A DNA stretch of 52,598 bases from a virus (Duplodnaviria; Caudoviricetes), in the IMG/VR virus record IMGVR_UViG_3300036715_002741, positions 1 to 52,598 of that record; one strand, given 5' to 3'. The notes beneath the pieces were generated by a model. It was not told the DNA's origin. It made no database searches and saw only the letters and a program-made list of their open reading frames with translations. Each line of letters begins with the position of its first letter. Position 1 is the stretch's first letter. This document shows positions 17,105-26,706 of this stretch, piece by piece. Made by a program: the position numbers and the translations under genes.

Positions 17105-17746
17105 CTAAGCTGGATCATAAGGAACAGTTTGCCATCCAACATTTACATTAAATGCCATTACATCTTCGATAGTATCTAATGCCGCAAGATTGGTTGCTAG
17201 AATTTCTTTATTTATACGAGACAAATATTGCAACATCTGCATTAAAGAAATAATGTCTTTTAATTGAGCTAATGTTAAAGAAATTGGTGTATTAAAATTA
17301 TTTCTCACGGTATATCCGGTAGGAACTTCTCCGACATTAGTAAACAAATATAGATCATCAAACAAAATATTATACATTGATGAATCATAAATATTTGCTC
17401 CATAAACCACACCCCCTCTAACCGTTGCATTATATTTGTTTTCTAGTTCTGTTTGTTTTATTAACTTTGCTGAAGAAACGTCTTGCGGAGTAGAAATATA
17501 TAGCTCATAAGCTGCGATATAAATATCTTTGTTTGATATGTACGATTCAATAATTTCATTGGGCATTTCAAATCTCTTTTCCGTGATGCCATCAGTCGCG
17601 ACATATAAACTACCTTGGACATACCATTGCTGATTCATCCCGCTCGGGAGAGAATATTCTGGTTCTTGCGTAATAAAAAATGATAACGGAATTCTATAAT
17701 TATCAAAATAAATATCATTATCGGGACTATGTCTAAATTCACTCAT
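17105..17746 (-). CDS. Tail fiber assembly protein (DUF4376-like C-terminus)
   Basis: AK..KQ.EL...N.PISLTLAQL...IEDV.AF...W pattern; follows the fiber gene. Confidence 0.6.
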   Translation of the reverse strand: MSEFRHSPDNDIYFDNYRIPLSFFITQEPEYSLPSGMNQQWYVQGSLYVATDGITEKRFEMPNEIIESYISNKDIYIAAYELYISTPQDVSSAKLIKQTELENKYNATVRGGVVYGANIYDSSMYNILFDDLYLFTNVGEVPTGYTVRNNFNTPISLTLAQLKDIISLMQMLQYLSRINKEILATNLAALDTIEDVMAFNVNVGWQTVPYDPA

Positions 17747-17761
17747 TTGTTCACCTCTTTG

Positions 17762-18742
17762 TTAAAGTTTCATCATTATATTCATGTATAACGTTTTTTG
17801 TCTCATGTCTATTGCCACTCCTTCTCCAGTTGATCCAGATTGCACTTCAGTTAAAGAGAAGCCACTACCCCCTTGAATCCCAGTAGACGAACCTACTGTT
17901 GCCTGGGCCGTATGAGTATGGGCTGGTACGTTATTTATGCTTAATTGCAGCTTTTCGTTTCCTGCACTTGTTCCTAGATCATATCCATTTGGAACCGCCG
18001 TAGCAAAAACTTTCCAAGCGTTAGGAAGTAATCCTATTTTTTTATGAGCGTCCCAATCTGCTTGTGCGCTAACCCCTCTCCCACCAGGCAACACAGGACA
18101 ACTTCCGTTCCACATATTATTCCAATGCATTTTAAATAATTGCTCACAATCTGCATTTGCTCTAACGTTTGCCCCAGATAAAGCGTCTCCAATATAATAA
18201 TCACCATAATTTCCTGCGGCAAACATAATCCATCCCGTTGGTGGAGCGTTTTTTATTGTCCAGCACCAATCTCCAGTGGTAAAAACATTATCTTGGTATT
18301 TATGCGAATAAAGCTCAAAAGCATTTATATTTGCATTAAATATTAACTCTCCATGCTCTCCTAACACTAAATCGCCAGCCCCTAAAGGAGTAATTCCGTC
18401 CTCTTTAACTATGTTTTTAATCCCTAAAGAATTTACATTGATTGTTGCTGATCCGGTATTAGTATGCCCAATTCTAAATCTCACTCTAAAACCATCCATA
18501 TATTGCGTTGGCGCCTGCAAAGGGGAAACGGCGGTTAAAATATAATCGTTTGCGCTCCCAGAATCAACATAAAAATCACCAACAGCCGCATACATAGCTA
18601 CAGCTTTCGCAATTTGATATAAATCTCCGGCAGTCAATGTTTGTCCTGTTGACGTTATAAGGTTTTCTTCTTCTGTTGGAATATCGTTAAATTCATCGGC
18701 TGTTAAATCGTCGCCAGTTATTTTATGTGGTATGTTTCTCAT
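17762..18742 (-). CDS. Baseplate-proximal tail fiber/collar protein
   Basis: NTGSATINVNSLG, PPTGW and NVPAHTH motifs. Confidence 0.75.
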   Translation of the reverse strand: MRNIPHKITGDDLTADEFNDIPTEEENLITSTGQTLTAGDLYQIAKAVAMYAAVGDFYVDSGSANDYILTAVSPLQAPTQYMDGFRVRFRIGHTNTGSATINVNSLGIKNIVKEDGITPLGAGDLVLGEHGELIFNANINAFELYSHKYQDNVFTTGDWCWTIKNAPPTGWIMFAAGNYGDYYIGDALSGANVRANADCEQLFKMHWNNMWNGSCPVLPGGRGVSAQADWDAHKKIGLLPNAWKVFATAVPNGYDLGTSAGNEKLQLSINNVPAHTHTAQATVGSSTGIQGGSGFSLTEVQSGSTGEGVAIDMRQKTLYMNIMMKL

Positions 18743-18761
18743 GTATTTTCGCCTCTGTTGT

Positions 18762-19376
18762 TTATGGCTCCCAACGAAAATGTAAATTAACGTTGGCAGG
18801 TTTAAGTTTTTTAAATAAACACATCATGAAGTTTGTGTTTTTTTCAAAAGTGATTGGGAATTGTGCAGTAAAAATGTTACGCGGCTTTTCTATCCCTAAA
18901 AATGTTATAATCATCGTAAATTTAGCGGCTTTTGTTGACCCGGCCAAATAAATAGGAAATTTCATTGTAAATACGTTATATGTAGTTCCATATTCTATAC
19001 GTACTCTGAAACCAAAAAACAACGCTAAGTTCAGCCAGTCTTGCTCAGTGACAATATTCATAAGCGCAAATTTAGCCACAACTTGTTTTCTTCGCTGCTC
19101 TATAGACACATCTACATTTGTTAAACATGTATCTGGTATTTGTAATGCACTTTCCCATTCATCGATCAAATTTGTAGTATTAGCAAGATCATATTCATAA
19201 TTAACTTCATAAATTTTATTATGCAATCTCCCAAACTCTTTAGCATAAGCGGTAAAAAGATTTCTTAAGTTAGAGCCTTCGATATTTTTTGCCGCAAATA
19301 ATCTACCGTTTGGCAAATAAGCAACGAGACAGTTAGTATTTTCTATTAACGTATTTGGCTTAAATGAATCGCTCAT
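18762..19376 (-). CDS. Baseplate wedge protein, Mu gp48/YmfQ-like (DUF2313)
   Basis: LPNG, LIDEWE..L.IPD.C, RR..V..K, C.F.KLKPAN. Confidence 0.8.
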   Translation of the reverse strand: MSDSFKPNTLIENTNCLVAYLPNGRLFAAKNIEGSNLRNLFTAYAKEFGRLHNKIYEVNYEYDLANTTNLIDEWESALQIPDTCLTNVDVSIEQRRKQVVAKFALMNIVTEQDWLNLALFFGFRVRIEYGTTYNVFTMKFPIYLAGSTKAAKFTMIITFLGIEKPRNIFTAQFPITFEKNTNFMMCLFKKLKPANVNLHFRWEP

Positions 19377-20680
19377 GTGTCTATTCCACCAAAGGTTGCT
19401 ATTTCTCCATCGTTAATTAATATGTCGCCTAATGGATAGGCTAGCACAAAATTATGTACGAAACTTCCAGTAGTAGGGTCTACAGTGTAATAAATCGCTG
19501 AAGCATAGGAGTTTTTAGAAAGATTTTGGCTAACGACGGGCACTTCACTAAAAAATGCTTGCAAACTAGCTTGTATTGCTGTCTTCATTGCATCAGTATT
19601 TGGGTCTAATACGCTGAACTTAAAATGTATAGGTTTAGGTGTGGGTGCTTTTACTATTATGTCATTAGGGTCAACATGGGCCGGTTTTATGGTCAATATT
19701 TTATCTTTTACAGCGTCAACTTGCGACCCAGATGGAATTGGGTTGTTGTCGTTATCTCTCATAAAATAAACAGTTACTTGACCAACATCTGGCGTGCATT
19801 GCTCTACAAATACTCTTGTTACCCCGTTAAGTTCTTGGCACTTTGTAGTTATTTCCGCCTCACTAAAAAAAGAAATAGGGTGTTGATATGCATATAAAAC
19901 CCTTTTTCTAAAATTATCGTCACTTTCTGCGTCTATCCCGCCTGTAATCCCTTCGTACTGAACAATCGCAGAAGTAGCCACGCCAGCTATATTTGATGCA
20001 AAAAACAATTCGCTCCCGTTTGCAAAATTAGCAGACAAGCCATAACTTGAAGATTTAACATCAAGGCTCACAAATGTGGCTGTTGCAATTATTGTGCCTG
20101 TCGCAGGAGTTGCAGGAGTATTTAAAATTTCATAAGTAAAAGATACACCAGAAGTAACGACGATTTGAAACGAACCGTTATACCCAATTTCATTAGCTCC
20201 GCTTAAAGTAATGGTGTTGCCATTTGCGAAATAATGATCACTAACTGTTGTTGCCGTTACAGTATTACCACTTCTTGTTAAAGATATCACCGAAATATTT
20301 TGCGTTTGTATGGTTTTTTCTTGCTGAGTAATAAAAATAACTCCACTGCTTGATTGTAATTGAGTGTTAATTGGTATTACCGAGCCAGCAGAACCGATAG
20401 CTGTTATTTTTCCTGATGACTGAGTAGCAGGAAGTCTAAATACATTTTTATACGAACCCCACCGATCTAAATAATCACCCGTAGCCGTATCAGGAAACAT
20501 TTGTTTTTCTAGTTCTTGAATCTTTTTATAAGAATCGTAAATACCAGCGGCGTAACCAATTGACAATGCGCGCAAATAAGCATTTCTCAGCCAGGGATCA
20601 CTTTGAGGTAATTCGGAGGCAACGTCAGTATCAACCTTGTCAACAATTTCTTGTCTATCATTTGGATATATTATAGGCAT
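19373..20680 (-). CDS. Baseplate J-like wedge protein (Mu gp47) with an inserted beta domain
   Basis: FPDTATGDYLDRWG, GG.DAESDD.FR.R, GVTR, G.VTVY. Confidence 0.85.
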   Translation of the reverse strand: MPIIYPNDRQEIVDKVDTDVASELPQSDPWLRNAYLRALSIGYAAGIYDSYKKIQELEKQMFPDTATGDYLDRWGSYKNVFRLPATQSSGKITAIGSAGSVIPINTQLQSSSGVIFITQQEKTIQTQNISVISLTRSGNTVTATTVSDHYFANGNTITLSGANEIGYNGSFQIVVTSGVSFTYEILNTPATPATGTIIATATFVSLDVKSSSYGLSANFANGSELFFASNIAGVATSAIVQYEGITGGIDAESDDNFRKRVLYAYQHPISFFSEAEITTKCQELNGVTRVFVEQCTPDVGQVTVYFMRDNDNNPIPSGSQVDAVKDKILTIKPAHVDPNDIIVKAPTPKPIHFKFSVLDPNTDAMKTAIQASLQAFFSEVPVVSQNLSKNSYASAIYYTVDPTTGSFVHNFVLAYPLGDILINDGEIATFGGIDT

Positions 20681-20691
20681 TTTTTATCTCT

Positions 20692-21135
20692 TTAAAATAA
20701 ATTTGTATTTTGCCAAAATTGGAAAGAATTACTAATTGTTTTGTTTTGACTTATCGCTATATCAATTTGTATTTCAATACCATCAACAATAAAGCTCGTG
20801 TTTATAGTAATATTTTTTGCGTAATTATCTTCCAGCAACCATTGCAATCCGTCTGCTACATATGTTTTTGATAGTCCCAAAACAATATTATCTTTGCGAG
20901 CCTGCTCTAATAACCAAAGCTTTGACCCTATTTCATAATTACCATAACCTAACACTGTATTGCCCCACCATCCACGCCTTGTTTCTGGGGCGGGCATCTC
21001 ACTTGGGGCGGCTCTTTTCTCACAAAATATAGACATGAACAACGCTGTTTCGAGCCCATTTGTTAGTTTAAAATCGCCGTTCTCTAGGCTAAAATCATAA
21101 TACCCTTTGTCGTTATTAAGTAAAGCATCTGCCAT
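20692..21135 (-). CDS. Mu gp46-like baseplate protein
   Basis: RRGWWG, IGSKLWLL, LQWLLED. Confidence 0.85.
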   Translation of the reverse strand: MADALLNNDKGYYDFSLENGDFKLTNGLETALFMSIFCEKRAAPSEMPAPETRRGWWGNTVLGYGNYEIGSKLWLLEQARKDNIVLGLSKTYVADGLQWLLEDNYAKNITINTSFIVDGIEIQIDIAISQNKTISNSFQFWQNTNLF

Positions 21136-21147
21136 GGTTTAAACCTA

Positions 21148-21771
21148 TTAATTGCTTGTATTATTAGTGCTTCCGCTTGTAATCGTTCCGGTTGTTCCTC
21201 CGACCGTAACTTGATCGCCAACTCGGGCCACTGCCGCACCACCTTCGCCAAAGTTAAATTTACCATTACCCTGGAAAACTCCGCTTGAGCCGAATCCAAA
21301 AGAAAAACTACCGCTAGCAAAAGTCATTGCTGGAGAGGTTAGTTTAAAATCTTGCGTTTCTATGTTTATTTTATTTGCTTTTATATTGAACTCATCAGCC
21401 ACATTTATTATAAGTTTACCTTTTGACTCTATCTGTATATCTCCATTAGCTAAAAATTTAACGTAACTCCCCGACGAAGGACTACCAACAACAACCTCAC
21501 CATCTTTTAAACCTTTAAATCTTTCTTGTTGTGAATATTGTATTCCAGCCAAATTAGCTTCATTTCCTCCAACGGCAAACAAAAGAGTCATTGTCCCAGC
21601 AGGAGCTTTGGCAGCAAACCCATATGGATAAACATTTTCAGCCGGTGAAACTTTTCCATTTATATGTTTGACCTGACAGTTAGAAATCGAACCATTATCT
21701 TGCCCGGGCAATGTTACTATTCCTCTTTTTGTCGAGTTAGTTATTTGATTTTGTAAATGTTTCATTTTCAA
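21148..21771 (-). CDS. Baseplate spike, Mu gp45-like
   Basis: PYGF...P, L.DGEV, VARVGDQV...G.ITSGS. Confidence 0.8.
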   Translation of the reverse strand: MKMKHLQNQITNSTKRGIVTLPGQDNGSISNCQVKHINGKVSPAENVYPYGFAAKAPAGTMTLLFAVGGNEANLAGIQYSQQERFKGLKDGEVVVGSPSSGSYVKFLANGDIQIESKGKLIINVADEFNIKANKINIETQDFKLTSPAMTFASGSFSFGFGSSGVFQGNGKFNFGEGGAAVARVGDQVTVGGTTGTITSGSTNNTSN

Positions 21772-23063
21772 GCCTTTTGATAAGGGGTTAAGTCAGAAAC
21801 AACACCACCATCAATATTTTTACCAGCTGCAGTCTTCTTTTTGTTTTTATATTTAACTCCTTGCATAATATCAACTGAATATCCGTCTTTATCAATTAAT
21901 TCTAACGTTGTCGTACTACCGCTATCTATTCCATAAGTAAATTTTACAGATTTTATTAAGAGTAATTGCGAGTCTATATCGCAATATTCATCTTTCACAG
22001 TAACTAACATGTTTGGCTGCCAAATTATTTTAGGATCGTTTATTGGCGAAAAACCTTGTACGGTTACAGTGTAATTAAACCCAGTAGCTCTTCTATAGTT
22101 AGCCTCCCATTCTGCCTTATCTTGCAACGATTGACTGTCGTTTTCCGAATCGCAATGCTGCATCATGTTATAAATTCTCGTATGGCGGATATCTTTGTCA
22201 TAAGATATCGCCTTCATGGAGATCATTTTTTCGTTATCTATTTCAGAATCACTAGAGTTATCCTCTTCTTCTGATGCTCCTAAATTTCCACCATTCTGTT
22301 GATAAGGAGCTAAATTTGTAACAACTCCTCCAGTAGCCGAGCTAACAGGGTTCTGCTGTGATAGCATAATGTATTTGTAAAACCTCTTAACATCATTATA
22401 TGTAACACTTGCGGTTAAAATAGTGCTTTGTTTCTTTGCGCTAGAAGTTAAAACAGTTTTTATTTTGTCTTTCTCTTCTGGAACTCGCGTTAAAACAATG
22501 TTCCCATCGCCATCGGACATTATTAATACTTGTCTTTTTTTTGCATATTTTTCAATGAAATCAAAAGCCGTCTGTCCTATTTGTGGTGAAATATTCCCAA
22601 GATCAGACACGCCAAAAACCGCCAAGTCTTTTACATTATTCTTAACTTTAATATCCGCATCTAATCCCAACGAACCTAAAACTTTTGTTATTATTTCTGG
22701 CAAACTTACTCCTGCTGAAAACGATAAATCAGAACCGACAGTATCGTCTACAATATCGCATGTTTTGTCTCTACCTGAGATTGATATTTGATGCCCAGTG
22801 GAATCATAACTAATGTTAATTTGCTCAACAAATCCCGTTATAAAAGGTTTTTTATTCACCAACACTCTACATTTACTTTTGTTTTTTATCGGGAATTTTT
22901 GCAATGATTTTAAAGATGAAATAGTAAACTCATAAATCCCACTAATGTGATCCATTGCTTTGCTTGCTGTGGCGCTAGTAAAACCAGTATAAGGTTTTCC
23001 ATTTATTTCAAGCACGATTTCGTTTTTAACCGCTTTACTATCGTTTATTCCGGGGATTTTCAT
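21768..23063 (-). CDS. Baseplate hub, Mu gp44/P-like
   Basis: ITGFVE, GRDKTCDIVD, SDGDG, WQPN. Confidence 0.85.
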   Translation of the reverse strand: MKIPGINDSKAVKNEIVLEINGKPYTGFTSATASKAMDHISGIYEFTISSLKSLQKFPIKNKSKCRVLVNKKPFITGFVEQINISYDSTGHQISISGRDKTCDIVDDTVGSDLSFSAGVSLPEIITKVLGSLGLDADIKVKNNVKDLAVFGVSDLGNISPQIGQTAFDFIEKYAKKRQVLIMSDGDGNIVLTRVPEEKDKIKTVLTSSAKKQSTILTASVTYNDVKRFYKYIMLSQQNPVSSATGGVVTNLAPYQQNGGNLGASEEEDNSSDSEIDNEKMISMKAISYDKDIRHTRIYNMMQHCDSENDSQSLQDKAEWEANYRRATGFNYTVTVQGFSPINDPKIIWQPNMLVTVKDEYCDIDSQLLLIKSVKFTYGIDSGSTTTLELIDKDGYSVDIMQGVKYKNKKKTAAGKNIDGGVVSDLTPYQKA

Positions 23064-24250
23064 TGAGCATCTCCGGTTAATATTTTGATATCTCCGCTTA
23101 TTTGTGTGACATCAATGATGTTGTTTAGCGCTATGATTTCGTCTTCATTGTCAAACCCTGCGTAATATTGATAAAGCAAAACAGACAAGGGGATTTTTGG
23201 CGTATTAATGTTTATTACTTTGCTAACGTTTACGTTCAAATCGTTAAAATATTTTTTCACAGAATTACGCAAAACTTCTAGTCTACGTAAAACATCAGCA
23301 GTTAAAACATTATTTTTCATTAAATATTGATATTTTTCTTCAAGATCAATTTGTTTCTGCTCTATTTGCTGATCGTCTAAATATTCCATTTCAACGGCAT
23401 TTAGATACATAGCCATCAATAATTTAGTATTAACATAACTGTTATACACTTTTCTATTTGTAACCCTTTCCACCCTCTCTGCCGTGGTTTGCTTAACTGG
23501 AATGTCGTTTGAGCCAAAATAATAAGCAGAAGCGTTTAACAAATAACTAGCATTTGCAGTTTGTCCAAGGTTGTTATAAGAATCAAGCAAATCTGAAACA
23601 GCAACTTCAAAATTCACATTGTTTTGCAATAATAAATATTTGTTTTCTCTAAAATCTTTACTTTTTACAGAAAAATCATTCCATGCGTTATCGGCTAATA
23701 CCACGGGCTTAGTCGGCTGCAGAGAATTATTTAAAGCGTCACATTTTTTCCCAGTGTCTACAATATTATGTTTGAAACTATTTGAAAGCCCTGTTGCTAA
23801 AAATCCTGCGGCATAGGGTGCAATTTCATTAGCGATGCTTGCTATCGTCCCCAGGCTTCCTTCTGCTGAGACAGGGAAGATGTCTAATTGAGATTCCTCA
23901 AAAGTTATTTTGAAAGAGCACTCCCCAAGCGAAGTTAAATTTTCGCTTACGGTATAATCTTTAACTGTAACCGGCACCATCCCATAAAACGGATGGGTTA
24001 AAATTCCCTTGCCTTCCATTTGTAATACTAAAACTAAAGCTTCCCTTCGAATAAGATAATCGTCATCACCGGTTATTATCGCTTCAATATCAAAAGTTCT
24101 TAAATTTTCTCCCAAATCCTCAACAAATCTATATTTTTTATTTGGGTATTCGAACGTGTGCGTTTTTCTTCCTTGCTTCATTTCGCTCGAATCTACATAG
24201 AATGGGACTCCGTTATACGTTGCCACAAATAATTGGTTAAGTAATGACAT
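23060..24250 (-). CDS. Mu N-like DNA circularization/tail protein
   Basis: ATYNGVPF, GRK...EYP, EDLG, G.LTHP.YG. Confidence 0.85.
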   Translation of the reverse strand: MSLLNQLFVATYNGVPFYVDSSEMKQGRKTHTFEYPNKKYRFVEDLGENLRTFDIEAIITGDDDYLIRREALVLVLQMEGKGILTHPFYGMVPVTVKDYTVSENLTSLGECSFKITFEESQLDIFPVSAEGSLGTIASIANEIAPYAAGFLATGLSNSFKHNIVDTGKKCDALNNSLQPTKPVVLADNAWNDFSVKSKDFRENKYLLLQNNVNFEVAVSDLLDSYNNLGQTANASYLLNASAYYFGSNDIPVKQTTAERVERVTNRKVYNSYVNTKLLMAMYLNAVEMEYLDDQQIEQKQIDLEEKYQYLMKNNVLTADVLRRLEVLRNSVKKYFNDLNVNVSKVININTPKIPLSVLLYQYYAGFDNEDEIIALNNIIDVTQISGDIKILTGDAQ

Positions 24251-24251
24251 G

Positions 24252-25586
24252 TTAAGCCCCCACCGTAGAAGCGCCTAAATTTGCGCTAAATGTAGACTTG
24301 CCAATGTATTGCTTACCATCCCCTAAATCAGCACGCAAATCAATGCTACTAGGAGCGCCAATCTCTATATAATGCGTGTGTGATGTGCTTCCTCCACCCA
24401 AAATAGTATTTGCAACATTATTTATTTTCAAGTCCTCAAGTCCGCTTTGCATTCCGTTCCTCACCATTCCTTGAGCTTCTTTCCATCTCCCAGAAGTAGC
24501 CATGTGAGCATATTCTTTAGCTTCTCCAGGAATAGATGCCCAGGGAACATTTTTTACAGCTGTGTATGCTTGCGCTGCAAGAACAAGAGCTGTTAACGTT
24601 GCTATTGCTGCTGGATTTTGTGTTATCGCGGCCAAAGCAAGATCACAAGCCCCAATTGCTTTCGCTGCTACGGATAATGCAGCACCAATTGCAACTATAT
24701 AGCCTCCCATTTTCAAAAGGCCATCATTAGCAGCCAACCAATTCTCGAATTTCGGTTCCAACTCATCCATGTTATCGGATAAATCTTTTAATTTATCATT
24801 AACTTTGAAAACCTTCATAAATGCTTCGCCAAAATCAGCAGAAAGCACCCTTGTCGCGTTATGGATTCTCTCCATTGAAGTCCCGGAAGTAAGAAGCATT
24901 TTTTGATATGCATTATAAAAATCACTTCCTTTTTTTGTCATGCTCTCTAATACAGGCTCCATCAATTTAAAGTCAATTTTTTTACCAGCTAATTTATTCC
25001 ATCCAGCATCGCTTAAATTGTAAAACTTTTTGAATGAATCAATCAAAGGGATTCCTTCTTTAGCCATTTTCCCTAAAATACGAGTTTGAGCATATCCAAG
25101 AGACCTCATGCGTATAAAAGCCCCAGATATTTCATTTACGTCTTTCCCTGAAACTACTGCAAACATAGACATTTGTTGTAGTTTTTCATTTATTTTGTCC
25201 ATTCCATATCCGGCAGCCATTAACCCTGTAGCTGTAGAGGTTAAATCTTCAGGAGATAAACCAGTGGTCATGGACATCTGCTTAACCATGGAAAAAACTT
25301 TCGCAGCATTTGAGGCAGAACCAGCCACCGCTTCAAGCTTTATTTGCATTTTTTGAAATTCATCAGCATTTTTTGCAGCATAAAAAGCGACTCCCGCAAG
25401 AGGGGCAACGAAATATTTTAACATCCCCGTTCCTATTTTCGAGGCTGTTTTGCTAAATTTAGAGAGTTTAGAATTAACTTTTTCTGTTTTTTTCTCGAAT
25501 TTTTCCAAAGAATCAACCATTTTCTTTACTGCTGGCGAAAATTGGTCGATTGCCTTGAAAATATATGCTATGTCGTAATTGCTCAT
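24252..25586 (-). CDS. Tape measure protein (short, 444 aa)
   Basis: AIDQFS N-terminus; helical Ala/Gly-rich; follows the chaperone. Confidence 0.8.
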   Translation of the reverse strand: MSNYDIAYIFKAIDQFSPAVKKMVDSLEKFEKKTEKVNSKLSKFSKTASKIGTGMLKYFVAPLAGVAFYAAKNADEFQKMQIKLEAVAGSASNAAKVFSMVKQMSMTTGLSPEDLTSTATGLMAAGYGMDKINEKLQQMSMFAVVSGKDVNEISGAFIRMRSLGYAQTRILGKMAKEGIPLIDSFKKFYNLSDAGWNKLAGKKIDFKLMEPVLESMTKKGSDFYNAYQKMLLTSGTSMERIHNATRVLSADFGEAFMKVFKVNDKLKDLSDNMDELEPKFENWLAANDGLLKMGGYIVAIGAALSVAAKAIGACDLALAAITQNPAAIATLTALVLAAQAYTAVKNVPWASIPGEAKEYAHMATSGRWKEAQGMVRNGMQSGLEDLKINNVANTILGGGSTSHTHYIEIGAPSSIDLRADLGDGKQYIGKSTFSANLGASTVGA

Positions 25587-25789
25587 TTTTTAGAGGTTTT
25601 GTTATGCTGTTTGTTTAATGCTTTATTTATTTTTTCTGCACTATTTTTAAGGTTTAATATTTCGGGAATAGGCATTGTTTCTTTTTGATTATGCTGCACG
25701 CCGCCTTTATAAAAAACCATTAAATTGTCAAACGTAAAATTTATTTCTTCTTCGCTGAGGAGATCGTATCGGACGGTAACAAAAAATTT
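25583..25789 (-). CDS. -1 frameshift extension of the tail assembly chaperone (G-T type)
   Basis: A-AAT-TTT heptamer at 25789-25783; -1 frame open to the TGA overlapping the tape measure ATG. Confidence 0.7.
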   Translation of the reverse strand, partial: KFFVTVRYDLLSEEEINFTFDNLMVFYKGGVQHNQKETMPIPEILNLKNSAEKINKALNKQHNKTSKK

Positions 25790-26250
25790 GTCACGTAATC
25801 TCCTATCAGACGTGAAGCTTCGCGAGAATCCAACATTTCAAACAAACTTGAGGTCAATGGTTCTTTGCCATCAATCAAACAAATTCCATCTGACAATATT
25901 AATTCTTGAAATTTATCCACGAAAATATCAATTTGCTCTTGGCTACAAGCCCCCGAAATTAGCATGAAAAAGCTTTGTCCATCTTGCGCATCACTTTCTT
26001 TCTTGCCTTCTTTGGCTTCTTTTTTTTCCTTTTCTAGTCTGGCTTTTTTTTCTTCTTCGGCTTCAGGTTTCTTTTCATTGTTAATTTTTATGAATGCAGC
26101 CATCACAATGGAGCTTAATTTGCTTGCTAAAGATAGTAAGCGGGTATTAGGCGCACGCAATAACAATCGTTTAGCAGTGATTCCAGCTTTGTTTTCGCTA
26201 GAATAAATTAATTGATCTTGCAGTATAAAATCAAACTCTTTCTTTAGCAT
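25741..26250 (-). CDS. Tail assembly chaperone
   Basis: Between tube and tape measure; slippery site near the 3' end. Confidence 0.7.
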   Translation of the reverse strand: MLKKEFDFILQDQLIYSSENKAGITAKRLLLRAPNTRLLSLASKLSSIVMAAFIKINNEKKPEAEEEKKARLEKEKKEAKEGKKESDAQDGQSFFMLISGACSQEQIDIFVDKFQELILSDGICLIDGKEPLTSSLFEMLDSREASRLIGDYVTNFLLPSDTISSAKKK

Positions 26251-26298
26251 TTTAAGCCCCTTGTTTATGTTGGATAAATAAATTTATTAACTTAGTTA

Positions 26299-26685
26299 TT
26301 AGCTTAGCGAATCACACTGAAATTCAATGTCAATTTTTCCGTCAACACCAGTTGTAACTTCATATTTGTTAGTTATTCCAGCATTTGATCCGTACCTAGT
26401 AAAACCCTTGTCCGTTATGCTTAATGCATTGTCAAAGTCATTTTTAGTCCATGATAAAGCCATTTCGATGTTATAAGCTGTATCTAATAGCTGAAATTTA
26501 ACGTCTGAAAATTGCGTAGTAACGTCAATAGATGAAACGCGTTCTATGGAACCTCCACCACCAGTTTGTGTTCTAACTTTTTTTTCTGGCGTTCCTTCTG
26601 TGAATGTAAGCGTTCCAGCCACATAACCAATGACAACGTTATTAACCATTAGTGTAGGTGTTGACAAACTTTGTTGTATAGCCAT
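26299..26685 (-). CDS. Tail tube protein
   Basis: 128-aa beta-rich protein directly after the sheath. Confidence 0.7.
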   Translation of the reverse strand: MAIQQSLSTPTLMVNNVVIGYVAGTLTFTEGTPEKKVRTQTGGGGSIERVSSIDVTTQFSDVKFQLLDTAYNIEMALSWTKNDFDNALSITDKGFTRYGSNAGITNKYEVTTGVDGKIDIEFQCDSLS

Positions 26686-26706
26686 TTTTTAAACCCTCGA
26701 AATATA

